A stretch of DNA of 64,000 nt, from NCBI GenBank assembly GCA_964016885.1, contig OZ024741.1, positions 29,884,001 to 29,948,000 on the forward strand, given 5' to 3'. The notes under the pieces were generated by a model. The model ran no database searches and was not told the DNA's origin. It saw nothing but the letters and a program-made list of their open reading frames with translations. The DNA is from Eledone cirrhosa. Lineage: Eukaryota. The translations under genes and the position numbers were made by a program. This document shows, one piece after another, positions 1-13,771 of this stretch (positions are counted from its first letter, which is position 1; each line of letters begins with the position of its first letter).

Positions 1-816
1 ATGTTTAATTAAAAACATTTTGAAGACCATACGCTATCGGTTTTAAATTAGTGACTATGTCACTTCTTTTCGGCGAAAGGAGGAGAGAAGCGAACAGCTT
101 GTAGATAGTTAATAGCTAGAGATTTTCACGCATAGGAAACATATCTCATGATCTTTCGATTACAGAGTCAGGTTCGATCAATAATGGGTCTTTCCATGAG
201 CTGATCGATAGTGAAACATATGTAATATGTTATTAAATATGTTATGATGCAACACTGAATCCTTGTTCCTTTATTCTTACTAGCAGAAAAACCACCATTC
301 GGGTCGTGTTCTGCTAGCATGTGTAGTGTGTATATTGACATTATACGCAAGTATATATGCATATAAATATGATACATCAAATAAAATCGTAACTGACAAT
401 ATATAATACACAGAAATTGAACGAAGACTGTGTTACACTGTCTTATGTAATCAGTAACGTAATCCACGATACATTAAACACGACAATATTATATATAACA
501 GAACTATATGAATATTTATTTAAACGATCACTAACTGGAAGTGTTGACATTTAAAAGTTTTAAGGAAGTGAATCTTTAAATAAGTAATAACATATATTTA
601 ATGAACAGCCACGAAATTTAGTAGATAAATCATGTAATATTCATTCATTATTTATTCAAAGTAATCAAACTTATTTTACTAAGGGGATAAAAAGTTATAA
701 ACCGTACGCAGTCGCGATTCTTACTTTATTATAGTTTAGATAGTATCATACTCTGCTGTGCGCGAGCATCGAGTGCTCAACCGGCATACCACCTACGGAC
801 GCAAGTTTTCTTGCCA

Positions 817-903
<87 letters not shown>

Positions 904-930
904 ATATATATATATATATATATATATATA

Positions 931-993
931 GTGTAATATATAGATATAGATAAATAGATAGATATAGATATAAATATAGCTATACACACAGAA

Positions 994-1037
<44 letters not shown>

Positions 1038-1100
1038 TTCTGTGTGTATAGCTATATTTATATCTATATCTATCTATTTATCTATATCTATATATTACAC
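931..1100. repeat. Inverted repeat (~66-bp arms) around a (TA)n spacer
   Basis: gtgtaatata...cacacagaagga (931-996) is the reverse complement of tccttctgtgtg...tattacac (1035-1100). Confidence 0.85.
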
Positions 1101-2990
1101 TGGGCAGCATTTTCTTATTTGGTGCCTCAAATATTTCAACGAATTCTGAAGTAATGTTTTCCTGCTAAATTCAGAAATAACGTCAGTTTTTCTCTATCAG
1201 GTTTAGTTTTCTGACTAGACCTGATAGAGTAAGTATTTTATTCATACAAGAGGCATATAACGTGAATCAATAGAGAGAGAGCGTAATACAAAACAAAACA
1301 AAGTACAAAGAAAAATTCAAAATTGAAAATACACTTTGGCAAAGATTTTTGGCAGAAAATTCAAGGAATAATTTTACGCTTCTTTGTGCATCTTGAATGT
1401 TGAGCAACAGGTGTATCCCATTTTAAACACCAACAATAGTCTGCTATCATCACAGCGTCCCAACGTCCTTGGTACCGAGTTCCCATCTCCTTGATGTCCT
1501 GATGGAATCGTTCGCCTTGTTCATCGCTAACAGCTCCGAGATTTTCAGGAAAACGATCAAGATGACTAAAATAATAATACATTCTGATGTTTATATTTGC
1601 GCCAATATCACGAACAGTTGATATAAAGTTGGTAACAAGGTCTTTATAGTTTTCACTTTTGTGAAATGATATTTTGCACTACATCTGCAAAGGCAAGCCA
1701 AGCTGATGCTTCATTTTCGCTCATCGTTTTCACGAAATTTGTGTCCTTCAAGAGCTTAGGGATCTGTGATCCATCAAAAATCCCTGCTTTACGTTTTTCA
1801 ATCGTGAAGTCTGGAAATACACTGCAGATATACTTGAAGCACTCCCCATTTTTGTCCAGAGCTTTGACGAATTGCTTGATCAATCCGAGTTTGATGTGCA
1901 AAGGGGGGGAAATGATCTAATCTCGCTCAACTAAAGGTTCTTCCAATATATTGGCAGCTCTACATGGAGCCATATTTTTTCGAGGCGGCCAGTCTTTCTT
2001 AACATAGTGGTTTACTCGGTCTCTACTGTCCCACATCCAAAGAAAGCATGGGTATTTGATAAACCAGATTGCTGTCCCATGAGAAAATTCAACATCTTTA
2101 AGTCAATAGAGATGACCCATTTATGATCATGATACAGTATCTTCTCTAAAACCAACTCAATTTCTTCATATTTTCCCTTCAGAGTTGTTGAGTTGCTGAG
2201 TGGGACAGAGCCATACACATTTCCGTTGTGCAATAATACACATTTTAAACTACACTTAGAGCTGTCTATGAAAAGACGCCATTCCTCTGGTTTGTATTCC
2301 TCAATGCCAAGTTTATTAAGAAGCCCACTGACATCTCTGCAGTAAATCAGCTCTTCATCTTTTGTGTTTGAAAGAAAAGAACTCTTCATACCGACTCCAA
2401 TAAAAGGTTATACAGACACCATTCTCTAGAAGATTCTTCTCTTTCAGTCGGAAAGCCAACAGTTCTGCAAACATTTTTGGGAGGTTCAAGTCACCGACTA
2501 GATCATTCAGCTCTACCTGGGAGAATAGCTGAGGTAAAGTCTCAACTGAAAAGTCTTGATCTCTAGTCTCATCTTCAGGTGATGAATCTTCTTTGGTTAA
2601 AGGTAAAGTTATCTGAGGCAAGACATTGAAGACACGAACAGGAAGCTCTTCACTGTGTGGAACCGGTCTAATAGCAGAGGCAAGATTAGGATAGACAAGC
2701 GTTTGTCAATTTTTCCGGTTAATACCCTTCAAATTTAGGTTACAAAAATAGCAGCCGTCCACGTAATTATAGGGCTCCCTCCATACCATTGGTATAGCAA
2801 ACCTCATACTTTTCCTTATTCCTTTAGTCCATTGTCGAAATGTTCTGTACAATGTTTGCAGACACTATGTTCATTCTACTGCCATGGCTATAAAATTGAG
2901 GCTTGCTTGCATAATTTCAAACGAATCGAATGTTATTATTAATATTCGAAAAACTCAGATTACATTTATTGTATTCAGCCATGTAGAGCG
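1098..2990 (-). mobile_element. Decayed Chapaev3-like (CMC) DNA transposon with fragmented transposase
   Basis: Minus-strand ORF pieces 1361-2621 read HIKLGLIKQFVKAL, SDEQGERFHQDI..RYQGRW..ADYCW and WRLFIDSSK.SLKCVLLHNGN. Positions ~2740-2815 read PMVWREPYNYVDGCYFC. One terminus begins CACTGGGCAGCA at 1098. Multiple frameshifts and stops. Confidence 0.75.
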
Positions 2991-3019
<29 letters not shown>

Positions 3020-3027
<8 letters not shown>

Positions 3028-3590
3028 TAACAGATTAAAGTTTAAGCAACGAATCGCTGCTTTCACCCTTAACGGGATCTTCTGAAACTAACAAAGTCAA
3101 TCTGTAAACGCAGAAGTGGATGTTTCAAAAAACGTTGCAACTGGAGGAAGACAGGAAGACGATACTTTGGTTCGTGGAAACGTTCCCTGGCAAAGAACGG
3201 AAAAAACGAATATAATACATCATTAATAGGAGCGGTGAAAAACAATTACGCGCAAAGACAGAACTACTACTACTTATGGAATAAAAGAAGTCGTAGACTA
3301 ATGTTCTCTTAGGTGGTTCATAGAGACGGTCTCTGTCAATGAACGAAAAAAACGAAGATAATACGTCATATGTGGTGCGTGGAGAACAATTGCACGCAAA
3401 GACAAAACCACGTAAATGGTATAGCTGAAGTCGTAGACTAAAATTCTAACTAGGAAACCGAATGAATCTCCGCTTCACAGTTAAGAATAAAGTAAATAAA
3501 ATACAATACAGAGGTAATAGAAATTAAATAAAATAAATACATACACGCATGGAAATACGTACATACACAAGTATACACAAGCATACGCGA
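3020..3590 (-). mobile_element. PLE pLTR remnant (family C)
   Basis: Reverse complement of ~45340-45915, which lies directly downstream of a GIY-YIG coding remnant. Starts at (TA)n. Confidence 0.8.
3039..3089 (-). ncRNA. Type I hammerhead ribozyme motif, U4A variant (family C)
   Basis: Minus strand reads AGUUU CAGAAGA U CCC GUUAA GGG U GAAA GCAGCG AUU CGUUGC UU AAACU; stems I, II and III all pair. Confidence 0.65.
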
Positions 3591-3594
3591 AAAC

Positions 3595-5240
3595 TCAGGT
3601 TGATTTTTCATATATGAGTGTTTGAATTTCTTTTTACGTAAAAAAAAGGGGCTCACGAAGGCTTTTTTTTTAATAAACGTAATTTGTTTGGTTATAAATG
3701 AAATTATTGCTGTCACGTGAGCAAGTTTTCATTAAATTTCGCGCTCTTAATTGGAAATCTATTCTGTAGCCTTTTCAGAGAATTTTATGACAAGCAAAAG
3801 ATAATGGTCAAGAGAAATGGGATGGGAGAATTGTTCCGGTTCAGTGAATATGGTTAGTTCGCTGGGGTGTCAGAATTCAGATTTTCTATTGAAATAAAGA
3901 AAGTAAAGATATGTATGTTTATTTGTGTACTTGTGTGTGTGTGTGTGTGTGTTGTGTGTGTGTGTGTTTGAATTTCTTTTTACTTAAAAAAAGAGGCTCA
4001 CGAAGGCTTTCTTTTTAATAAGCGTAATTTGATTGGTTATAAATGAAATTATGGCTGTCACGTAAACAAGTTTTTCGTAAATTTTCGCGCCCTTATTTGA
4101 AATCTATTTCGTAGCCCTTTTGGAGAATTTTATGACAAGCAAAATATAATGGTCAAGAGAAATGGGATGGGAGAATTGTTCTGGTTCAGTGAATATGGTT
4201 AGCGCTGACAATACAACAGAACAACAGAACAAATACGAATAATTAAGGAAAATATATTCATTCCAAAATATTCCTAATAAAGGAATCATTTTCCTACACA
4301 CACACACACACACAATATATATATATTCTCTTCATCTTAACATGCTAACCACACTCCCACACACATATAACACCCATACACACACATAACAACCCCCATC
4401 CCCCCACACACACAGAACTCCCTCCCCCATTTCTACTAATAGAATCACTTTCCTACACACATATATACACACACAGAAAAAATATATATATTCTCTCCAT
4501 CTTAACATACTCCCACACACACACACACACACATAACACCCATATACACACACACAACTCCCTCCCCCATTTCTACTAATAGAATCATCTTCCAATACAC
4601 ACACACACACACACAAGCACACAAATAAACATACACATCTTTACTTTCTTTATTTCAATAGAAAATCTGAATTCTGACACCCCAGCGAACTAACCATATT
4701 CACTGAACCAGAACAAATCTCCCATCCTATTTCCCTTGACCATTATCTTTTGCTTGTCATAAAATTCTCCAAAAAGGCTACAGAATAGATTTCCAAATAA
4801 GGGGGCGAAAATTTAATGAAAACTTGTTCACGTGACAGCCATAATTTCATTTATAACCAATCATATATGAAAAAACAACCTGAGCCCCCCCCCCCTTGTT
4901 TGAAGCACTTTGTAACGCGAACTGGCGCGAAATTTATTATAATTATTGACCAACCAATCAAATTACTTCTCTAAATACCTGGCATGTCGAGCCACTTCTT
5001 TCCATATAAAACAAGTAACATTCAGAGACAAACCAGATGTGAGAAAAACCACAGGCCCTCCATCTCAACTCTACTTTTGAAAAGCAGAAGAACGGCGAAA
5101 CCGGTAAAGGAACCAAATAAATATATATATTTTTTTTTAAATAAGACTCCAGTTACATTTTCGATTTCATCTTTTTTTCTTTATACTTTCACTCGTGTAG
5201 GACACCTCGGTTATTTTTCATTTTGTAAAATAAACCTCAC

Positions 5241-5248
<8 letters not shown>
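3595..5248. mobile_element. Inverted pair of pLTR remnants of the Neptune-type PLE family at 37850-41608
   Basis: 3595-4203 matches ~38160-38840 in the same orientation. 4203-5248 is the reverse complement of ~37850-39330. Ends in (TA)n. Confidence 0.8.
5074..5110 (+). ncRNA. Minimal type I hammerhead motif, U3:A8 variant
   Basis: CUU UUGAAAA GCAG AAGAA CGGC GAAA CCGG UA AAG; palindromic stem III ACCGGU, one mismatch in stem II. Confidence 0.65.
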
Positions 5249-5281
<33 letters not shown>

Positions 5282-5286
<5 letters not shown>

Positions 5287-6026
5287 TAAAATAACAGATT
5301 AAAGTTTAAGCAACGAATCGCTGCTTTCACCTTAACGGGATCTTCTGAAACTAACAAAGTCAATCTGTGAACGCGGAAGTGAATATTTCAAAAAACGTTG
5401 CAACCGGAGGAAGACATGAAGACGATACTTTGGTTCGTGGAAACGTTCCCTGGCAAAGAACGGGAAAAAACGAATATAATACGTCATTAATAGGAGCGGT
5501 GAAAAACAATTACACGCAAAGACAGAAACACGTTTATGGTATAAAAGAAGTCGTAGACTAATATTCTATTAGGTGGTTCATAGAGACGTTCTCTGGAAAT
5601 GAACGGAAAAAACGAAGATAATACGTCATATGTGGAGCGGGGAGAACAATAGAATATTAGTCTACGACTTCTTTTATACCATAAACGTGGTTCTGTCTTT
5701 GAATGTAATTGTTTTTCACCGCTCCAAATAATGACGTATTATATTCGTTTTTTCCCGTTCTTTGCCAGGGAACGTTTCCACGAACCAAAGTATCGTCTTT
5801 CTGTCTTCCTCCGGTTGCAACGTTTTTTGAAATATTCACTTCCGCGTTCACAGATTGACTTTGTTAGTTTCAGAAGATCCCGTTAAGGGTGAAAGCAGCG
5901 ATTCTTTGCTTAAACTTTAATCTGTTATTTTAATAAATATTTGCTCTACGGTTCTTATATATTTGATATATATTTATACTTATCGAGCCCTCTTTGGATT
6001 TTAGTCTTCAAATTTATTATTATTAC

Positions 6027-6030
<4 letters not shown>
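5282..6030. mobile_element. Fold-back pair of family C pLTRs with two hammerhead motifs (5303-5352 minus, 5866-5916 plus)
   Basis: 5282-~5570 is the reverse complement of ~5650-5940; near-identical mirrored ORFs 5367-5561 and 5657-5851. Flanked by (TA)n. Confidence 0.8.
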
Positions 6031-6068
<38 letters not shown>

Positions 6069-6069
<1 letters not shown>

Positions 6070-6440
6070 GATATTAAATAAATGGAAACTCTTTTTATAA
6101 AACCATATTTATTTCATTATATATATTTCAGGGATATCATATTAACAATATGTTATGCCTTCCTCAGATAAAATACAATATAGACAGTTTTATAAATAAA
6201 TAGATTTGACATACCGTTCAACATCGACTTTTATTTTGTCTATATTGTATTTTGTCAGAGGAAGGCATAACATATTGTTAATATGATATCCCTGAAATAT
6301 ATATAATGAAATAAATATGGTTTTATAAATATAGTTTCCATTTATTTAATATCGTAAATATACTCCAAATATTTGTTGAGTGCTTTTATATCAGTTATAA
6401 ATATTTACTAGTTGTAACCCAACAATTTAAATATAACTTT

Positions 6441-6442
<2 letters not shown>
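6069..6442. mobile_element. Fold-back pLTR remnant with hammerhead motifs (6112-6173 minus, 6250-6311 plus)
   Basis: Minus strand reads UUUUAU CUGAGGA AGG...CCU GAAA UAUAUA UA AUGAAA. Arms ~6069-6186 and ~6237-6355 are inverted. Related copy at 20250-20360. TA-flanked. Confidence 0.65.
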
Positions 6443-6485
<43 letters not shown>

Positions 6486-6648
6486 TAGAAGTAGTTACAC
6501 AACAGTTAGTTCACCATACCGACTCGGTATAGTGAACCTTACTCGTCCCATGGACTAAGTGCTCTACCACTACGGATATTACCTTCCAGTGTTCACACAC
6601 ACACACACACACACATACACACACACATATATATATACCCACTCACAC

Positions 6649-6687
<39 letters not shown>

Positions 6688-6704
6688 GATACACATACAC
6701 ACAT

Positions 6705-6739
<35 letters not shown>

Positions 6740-7149
6740 ATTCCCTTCGGATTTTGGTTTACGTATCTATTTTTCTTATATATATATATAAATAATTATT
6801 TCTGTGTACATGTGTGTGTAGGTGTATATCTGTGTGTATGTATGTCTGTTGTAATGTCTGATTATGTGTGTATGCGTCATTGCATGTATGTGTGTATGTA
6901 TGTGTTCACAGGTCCTTACCAAGGTGAGGGCAACAATGTGGTAAATCAAATATTCCAAAGATACTTCTAGAAAGATGAAACAGTATTAATGTTTCTTTCT
7001 GTATTGGTGATATGAATTTCTTCAGATCTGACGAGATCATAGAGTCATTTATTCCTCTGTTGATGTCTCTTTCTATGTCTCTTTATCTCTACATTTACAT
7101 ATCTAACTCCCTCACTTCACATGCTATATCCCATTTCTGTCCCTTTTTC

Positions 7150-7210
7150 TTTCTATATTTATTTTTTCTTTCTCTATTTCTTTCTTTCTTCCTATCTTTC
7201 TTTCTCTATT

Positions 7211-7270
<60 letters not shown>

Positions 7271-7400
7271 TATTTCTTCCTTTCTTTCTTTCTTTCTGTC
7301 CTTTTCTCTCTCTTTCTTTCTTCCTTCCTTTCTTTCATTCTTTTTCTTTCTTTTTTCTTTCTTTCCTTCTTACTGCTTCTCTTTCATTCCCCTTTCTCCG

Positions 7401-7481
<81 letters not shown>

Positions 7482-7510
7482 CTCTCTCTCACACACACAC
7501 ACTCTCTCTT
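7150..7510. repeat. (TTTC)n/(TC)n/(CA)n microsatellite
   Basis: Seen directly; explains ORFs 7012-7638 and 7121-7564. Confidence 0.95.
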
Positions 7511-8469
7511 CATTTATTCGTGATGCTGCAGCGAAGGATCAAACTGATCCTAACAACTCCATAGAACTGAAGTGCTGTGAATATAGAAACATTAAAAAGA
7601 TTGCTGTACAAATTCATTTCTCTAAGATCCATCCATGATGGACCACACTATTACATATCTAACCAATTGTGGAAATACAAAATACGACAAACATGGCAAT
7701 ATTCGCCAGGGTCCAAACATAAAACCTTATGTGATTAAATGAACCACAAGTGTTTGTGATTACAGATATTAAAAGCTCGCTAGAATTTTAGGTATTGAGA
7801 AATAATTTGCGATAAAACATCGGTATGTTTTATATTGAATGTGAGATTAATTATAAATATTGACAGATATACATGTATATATATATATATGAGTGGGGGG
7901 GGGGGGTGTATATATACATACTCTTTTATTGGAAAATTTATCATACTAGTGCTTCGTGAACGAACACATATGTGTATTTAGTAACCAAAGATGAACACAC
8001 ACACACATATCTGAAAAACACAGATACATACACACACACACACACATACACATATACACACACACACACACATATATATGTATATATATATATATATATA
8101 TGCACATATATATATATATGAATATAAGTATATGCTCTGTGGCATATAGTTACGGCCGTTTACGTTCTGAATTCAAATTCCATCGTCATTAGCTTTGCCT
8201 TACATCATTACATAAAATAAAGTATCAGTAAGACACTGTAGTCGATTTAATCGACTTTCTCTACCCCCAAACCTGTCAGCCTTGTGCCGAAACCAGAAAC
8301 GATGATTATTTCTGTTATTTGTTATTGCATGATCCTACATATTCCGAGGTAGTAGGAAACGAATAACTATTTCTACAAATTCGGGAGTACATCTCAATTT
8401 AGAACCCTAAAATAGAGGAGAATGTTCGATTATTTTTATATCTCGGAGAACCACACGTATTCCGATATT

Positions 8470-9230
8470 GTGACATGTAATAGGTTTAATCCATTGGCCA
8501 TGATTTGGTTCGCTGAATTAGATTACAAAGATACTGGAAAAGGCTCATGTCGTCTTTACTTGTGATATGTAGCATGTTTCTTGGTGTGTCGTCTATCTCC
8601 AATGTCTTACCTGCCTTGTTGTCGTCTATGTCCAATGTCTTAACTGCCTTGGTTTCGTCTATTTCCAGTGTCTTAGCTGCTTTGTTGTCGTCCATGTCCA
8701 GTGTCTTACCTGCCTTGTTTTCATCTATATCCAATGTCTTACCTGCCATGTCGTCTATTTCCAGTGTCTTACCTGCCATGTTGACATTTATGTCCAGTGT
8801 CTTACCTGCCTTGTTGTCGTCTATGTCCAATGTCTTAACTGCCTTGGTTTCGTCTATTTCCAGTGTCTTACCTGCCTTGTTGTCGTCTATGTCCAATGTC
8901 TTACCTATCGTATTTTAAACATTGTATTAACTCTCTTACTTCTTTTTTCTTAACTGTTTGGACATCGTACAGCTGTCTTTTCCCCATTTCCTTAAGATAA
9001 TCACAATCCTCAGCATCTAGATTCGTTCAGTATCAATCAGAAGGTGTCCATCTGTATCACTGGCTCCACAAAGGAATAGTTTCAATTCCATGACCAGAAA
9101 GTCGAAAAATTCTGTGCTGGTCAATTCGTTCATTAGTCTGTAGAGCATTAGTTGAAGGATTCTTAAGATGTGACTTGGTTTCTTGGCTTCAGATTTTTTC
9201 TGCATTTTTGCAATCATCAGTCATTGATAT
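8470..9230 (-). mobile_element. Decayed RTE-like LINE ORF2 fragment containing a 33-bp minisatellite (8585-8905)
   Basis: KEVRELIQCLK...[LDIDDNKAGKT]n...DDTPRNML...LFQYLCNLIQRTKSWPMD* resembles the KAxGxDxIPxE..LCN.IW..WP.DW region upstream of the LINE RT domain. Confidence 0.55.
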
Positions 9231-9317
9231 TCACTTCATTTGTTTAACAGCGCTTGGTTTTGTGTCGCTATTTATCAACTATTGCTTCCAGAGTGTCAGA
9301 CATTATGGTTTTCTAAT

Positions 9318-9505
9318 GGTGGATTGTCAGTATCGGTAGAGGGTCTGACGCCATGCTTTGCAGCAAAGAGTTACGGCCCTTTATGGTCTGAGTTCAAATC
9401 CCGCCAAGGTTAACTTTGCCTTTCATCCTTATGGGGTCGGTAAAATAAAGTACCAGTAATGTACTGGGTAATTGCTGACCTTGTGCCAAGAGTAGAACCA
9501 ATTAT
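9318..9505 (+). mobile_element. tRNA-derived Nin-domain SINE, full length
   Basis: B-box GAGTTCAAATCC; core GCCTTTCATCCTTATGGGGTCGGTAAAATAAAGTACCAG; approximate TSD attat(g/c)gttttctaat. Confidence 0.8.
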
Positions 9506-10399
9506 CGTTTTCTAATACTTATTTGTTTCCGAAAACAAGTGTCTATAAACAATTGTAAAATTCCCTCCCTTTTCTTTTGTTTTTATATACATACTGCTAA
9601 CAAACAAGTTGCATACGACTCACATCTGCCCACATCGACTCACCTTTGCCCCAATCTGTGGTTCAATTATCTCACCATAACTGCCATTTCATGAATCATT
9701 TTGCAGCTGCCAGGGTAAGGCCATACTGGGGCAGAGCTTGGATAAATATCCTTAAACTAGATTACAGTCATCTACAAATTATTGGAAAAACACTGGCTAT
9801 TTTCATTTACGTATTCGGATTATTGCAAATGAAACAGACTCGAATGTAGGTACAGTCATCACAGCTTGTGGGTTCCGTAAGATTTTGACTGTCTTAAATA
9901 AAGACCAAAACCATCAAATATTTACACATATAGAGATGTCGAAACTTATCAAATTATAGGGGCTAGTGTAATTATTACATAAGGAATCATCTTTAGGAAT
10001 ATTTAAATGCAAAAACTAAAGTGTTAAATATTCATACAGAATCACGTACACTAAGCCTTACAAAGGCTTACATACGTTCACACACACATCACACACACGT
10101 TTACATACAAATATAGCGCGGGGCAAATATAATGAAAAGCTTATCTTAAGCAGGATATATGAAAAATCTCCTATTTATTTAGATAATTTTTCATATGATA
10201 TATTAATATTATAATTTATATTTTACTTGTTTTGGGAGTCTTTCCATCTCAATTCAAAGAAAGTGCTGGAATTCATATGTAGACATTTTTTCATCTTAAA
10301 AGAGTGAATAATTCCAAGTACAACACGGAAAACAATGATCGGATTGCGGCAGTGTTAGCAAAACATTATATCTATGATGTCGTTATATAGTATTGTAAC

Positions 10400-11400
<1,001 letters not shown>

Positions 11401-11645
11401 ATGTTATAATGCTCGAAATCTCGTATATGCGAAAAGAAAGGCTAAATGAATAGGATATATAGGCATACATGACAAAACCTACAATAGAAAGATATATACA
11501 TACACACTCATATACAGACCCTCACACACACATGTACACTAGCGTACACACACATTTATGTATATTTACATATATGTAAAAATATGTATATACAGATACA
11601 TGTGTATAAGTGCCTATCTATATTTAACTCATTATATATATCCCG

Positions 11646-11921
11646 TCGATGGGTCGATAAAATAAAGTACCAGTAATACAGTGGGATATTTGCTGGCCTT
11701 GTGCCAAAAGTAGAAACAAGTATATATAAATACGGTGGATTAGCAGTATCGGTAGAGCGTCGGACAGCATACTTTGAAGCATAGAGTTACATCCCTTTAC
11801 GGTCTGATTTCAAATCCCGCCGAGGTTAACTTTGCCTTTCATCCTTACGGGGTTGATAAAATAAAGTACCTGTAATACACTGGAAAAATTACTGGCCTTG
11901 TGCCCAAAGTAGAAACAATTA
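11646..11921 (+). mobile_element. Nin-domain SINE (full copy 11733-11921, preceded by a 3' fragment)
   Basis: Same core and AAGTAGAAACAATTAT tail as 9318-9505. Confidence 0.8.
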
Positions 11922-12001
11922 TATATAAATATGTATGTAGATGTGTGTAGGCGTATATATATATATATATATGTTTGTGTGTGTGTGTGTGTGTTTCATC
12001 A

Positions 12002-12065
<64 letters not shown>

Positions 12066-12086
12066 AATATCTTCATATGTACATAA

Positions 12087-12172
<86 letters not shown>

Positions 12173-12476
12173 ATATATATCATAGATTAACAAAGATGAA
12201 ACGATACTGATATAGAAAAATGGAATTAAAACACACGCACAACACGAGGCTTATGTGTACACCAAATTTAATAATATAAAAAGAATTTCTGTTAGCAATT
12301 ATGTAGGGATTCTTCTTAAATTTCTACATATCATCAGGTGGTGCATTCACATCTACCGGCTGTTTCTTTTATGAATACACAAAAGAACTTACATCCATAT
12401 ATCTACTTATCTATCCTTGTGTATCTCTTTTATCAATATATATATATAATTATCTATTTCTTTCTTTGTGTCTTTA

Positions 12477-12508
<32 letters not shown>

Positions 12509-12514
12509 AATATG

Positions 12515-12552
<38 letters not shown>

Positions 12553-12695
12553 TGTATATATACATCGAGAGAGAGAGATAAAGAAAGAGAGATACATATA
12601 ACTATTATATATACCACATCCTTCCTCTCCGTCAGTCTGTTTCGCTATCTGCCTCCCTCTTTACATATATGGGTGTGCGCTTCTCTTTCTCTCTC

Positions 12696-12766
<71 letters not shown>

Positions 12767-13139
12767 GCGCACAGCCATATATGTAAAGATGGTGAAAGAG
12801 TCTTGTTACTCTGGAGTTTCTACTGTCTCCTCACAGGAGAATCTGACAAGACTTAATATTGAATGACGGACAGTGTGAACACGGAAAGACCCGTAATAGG
12901 AGAGCAAGGTGGATGTGTGTTTTTGAATGGGGTTGGTAGTAGAGGAGTGTATCTTTTAGGGAAAATGTGGGTAGTGATAGAAGAGGATTTACGAAATGAG
13001 AAATAGAAAAATGGTATGAAATGTTATAATAGAAAGGTATTCTAAGGAGTTATGGAAATAGAGAGAAAATCAATGGGAGTGGAAGAACAACAGGAAAAGA
13101 AAGTAGGAATGAAGAAATGAAAAAACATATATCTCTTTC

Positions 13140-13405
13140 TGCATCCATATCTTTATGCCACCATATATCCTTATATCATCCACCATATATCCTTATATCA
13201 TCCATATCTTTATGCCACCATATATCCATATATCCTCCATATCTTCATACCAACATATAACCTTATATCATCCATATCTTTATGCCACCCTATATTCTTA
13301 TGTCATCGATATATCTTTATATCATCCATATCTTTATGCCACCATATATTCTTATGTCATCCATATAACCTTATATCATCCATATATTTATGCCACTATA
13401 TATCC
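13140..13405 (+). repeat. Degenerate minisatellite (catccatatctttatgccaccatatatccttatat-like)
   Basis: Seen directly. Confidence 0.8.
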
Positions 13406-13409
13406 GTGT

Positions 13410-13771
13410 CTCAGACTTGGACCATGACCAAGAAACTCACTCAGATGGTGGACGGGTGTTACACGAGAATGCTGAGGATGGCTCTGAACATTAATCAGTA
13501 TACACTGAGGATGAAGAACTCAAAGCTGTATGGGAGCCTCCCAAAAGTCAGCTCGAAAGGACATGCTCACCGACATCCAGAGTTGACATTGCACTCAGTG
13601 CTCATGTGGGAGCCCCTGGAAGAGGAAGACCGTGGTTGACATATGTTGATGCCCTAAGGACAGAGACTGGTCTCTTGGAGACGCAGGGCATGGCAGCGAA
13701 GATGAGGGACAGAGACCGCTGGAGAGAACTCGTCCATGGATCTCGGGAATTTTACCCGCTCTAGATAGATA
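13410..13771 (+). mobile_element. 5'-truncated RTE-type LINE 3' end
   Basis: Reads TWTMTKKLTQMVDGCYTRMLRMALNI...LYGSLP...HRHPE..VLMWEP; (TAGA)n tail; TSD atatccgtgt at 13400-13409 and 13772-13781. Confidence 0.8.

Noticed and set aside
1-742. Possible Helitron-type end (minus strand ATCTAAACTATAATAAAG), and a similar hint at 50764-50792
   Set aside because: Only a short terminal resemblance; no second end or Rep/helicase sequence in view.
9318-9420. tRNA-like A/B boxes
   Set aside because: They are SINE heads, not tRNA genes; no cloverleaf, and they continue into the Nin core.
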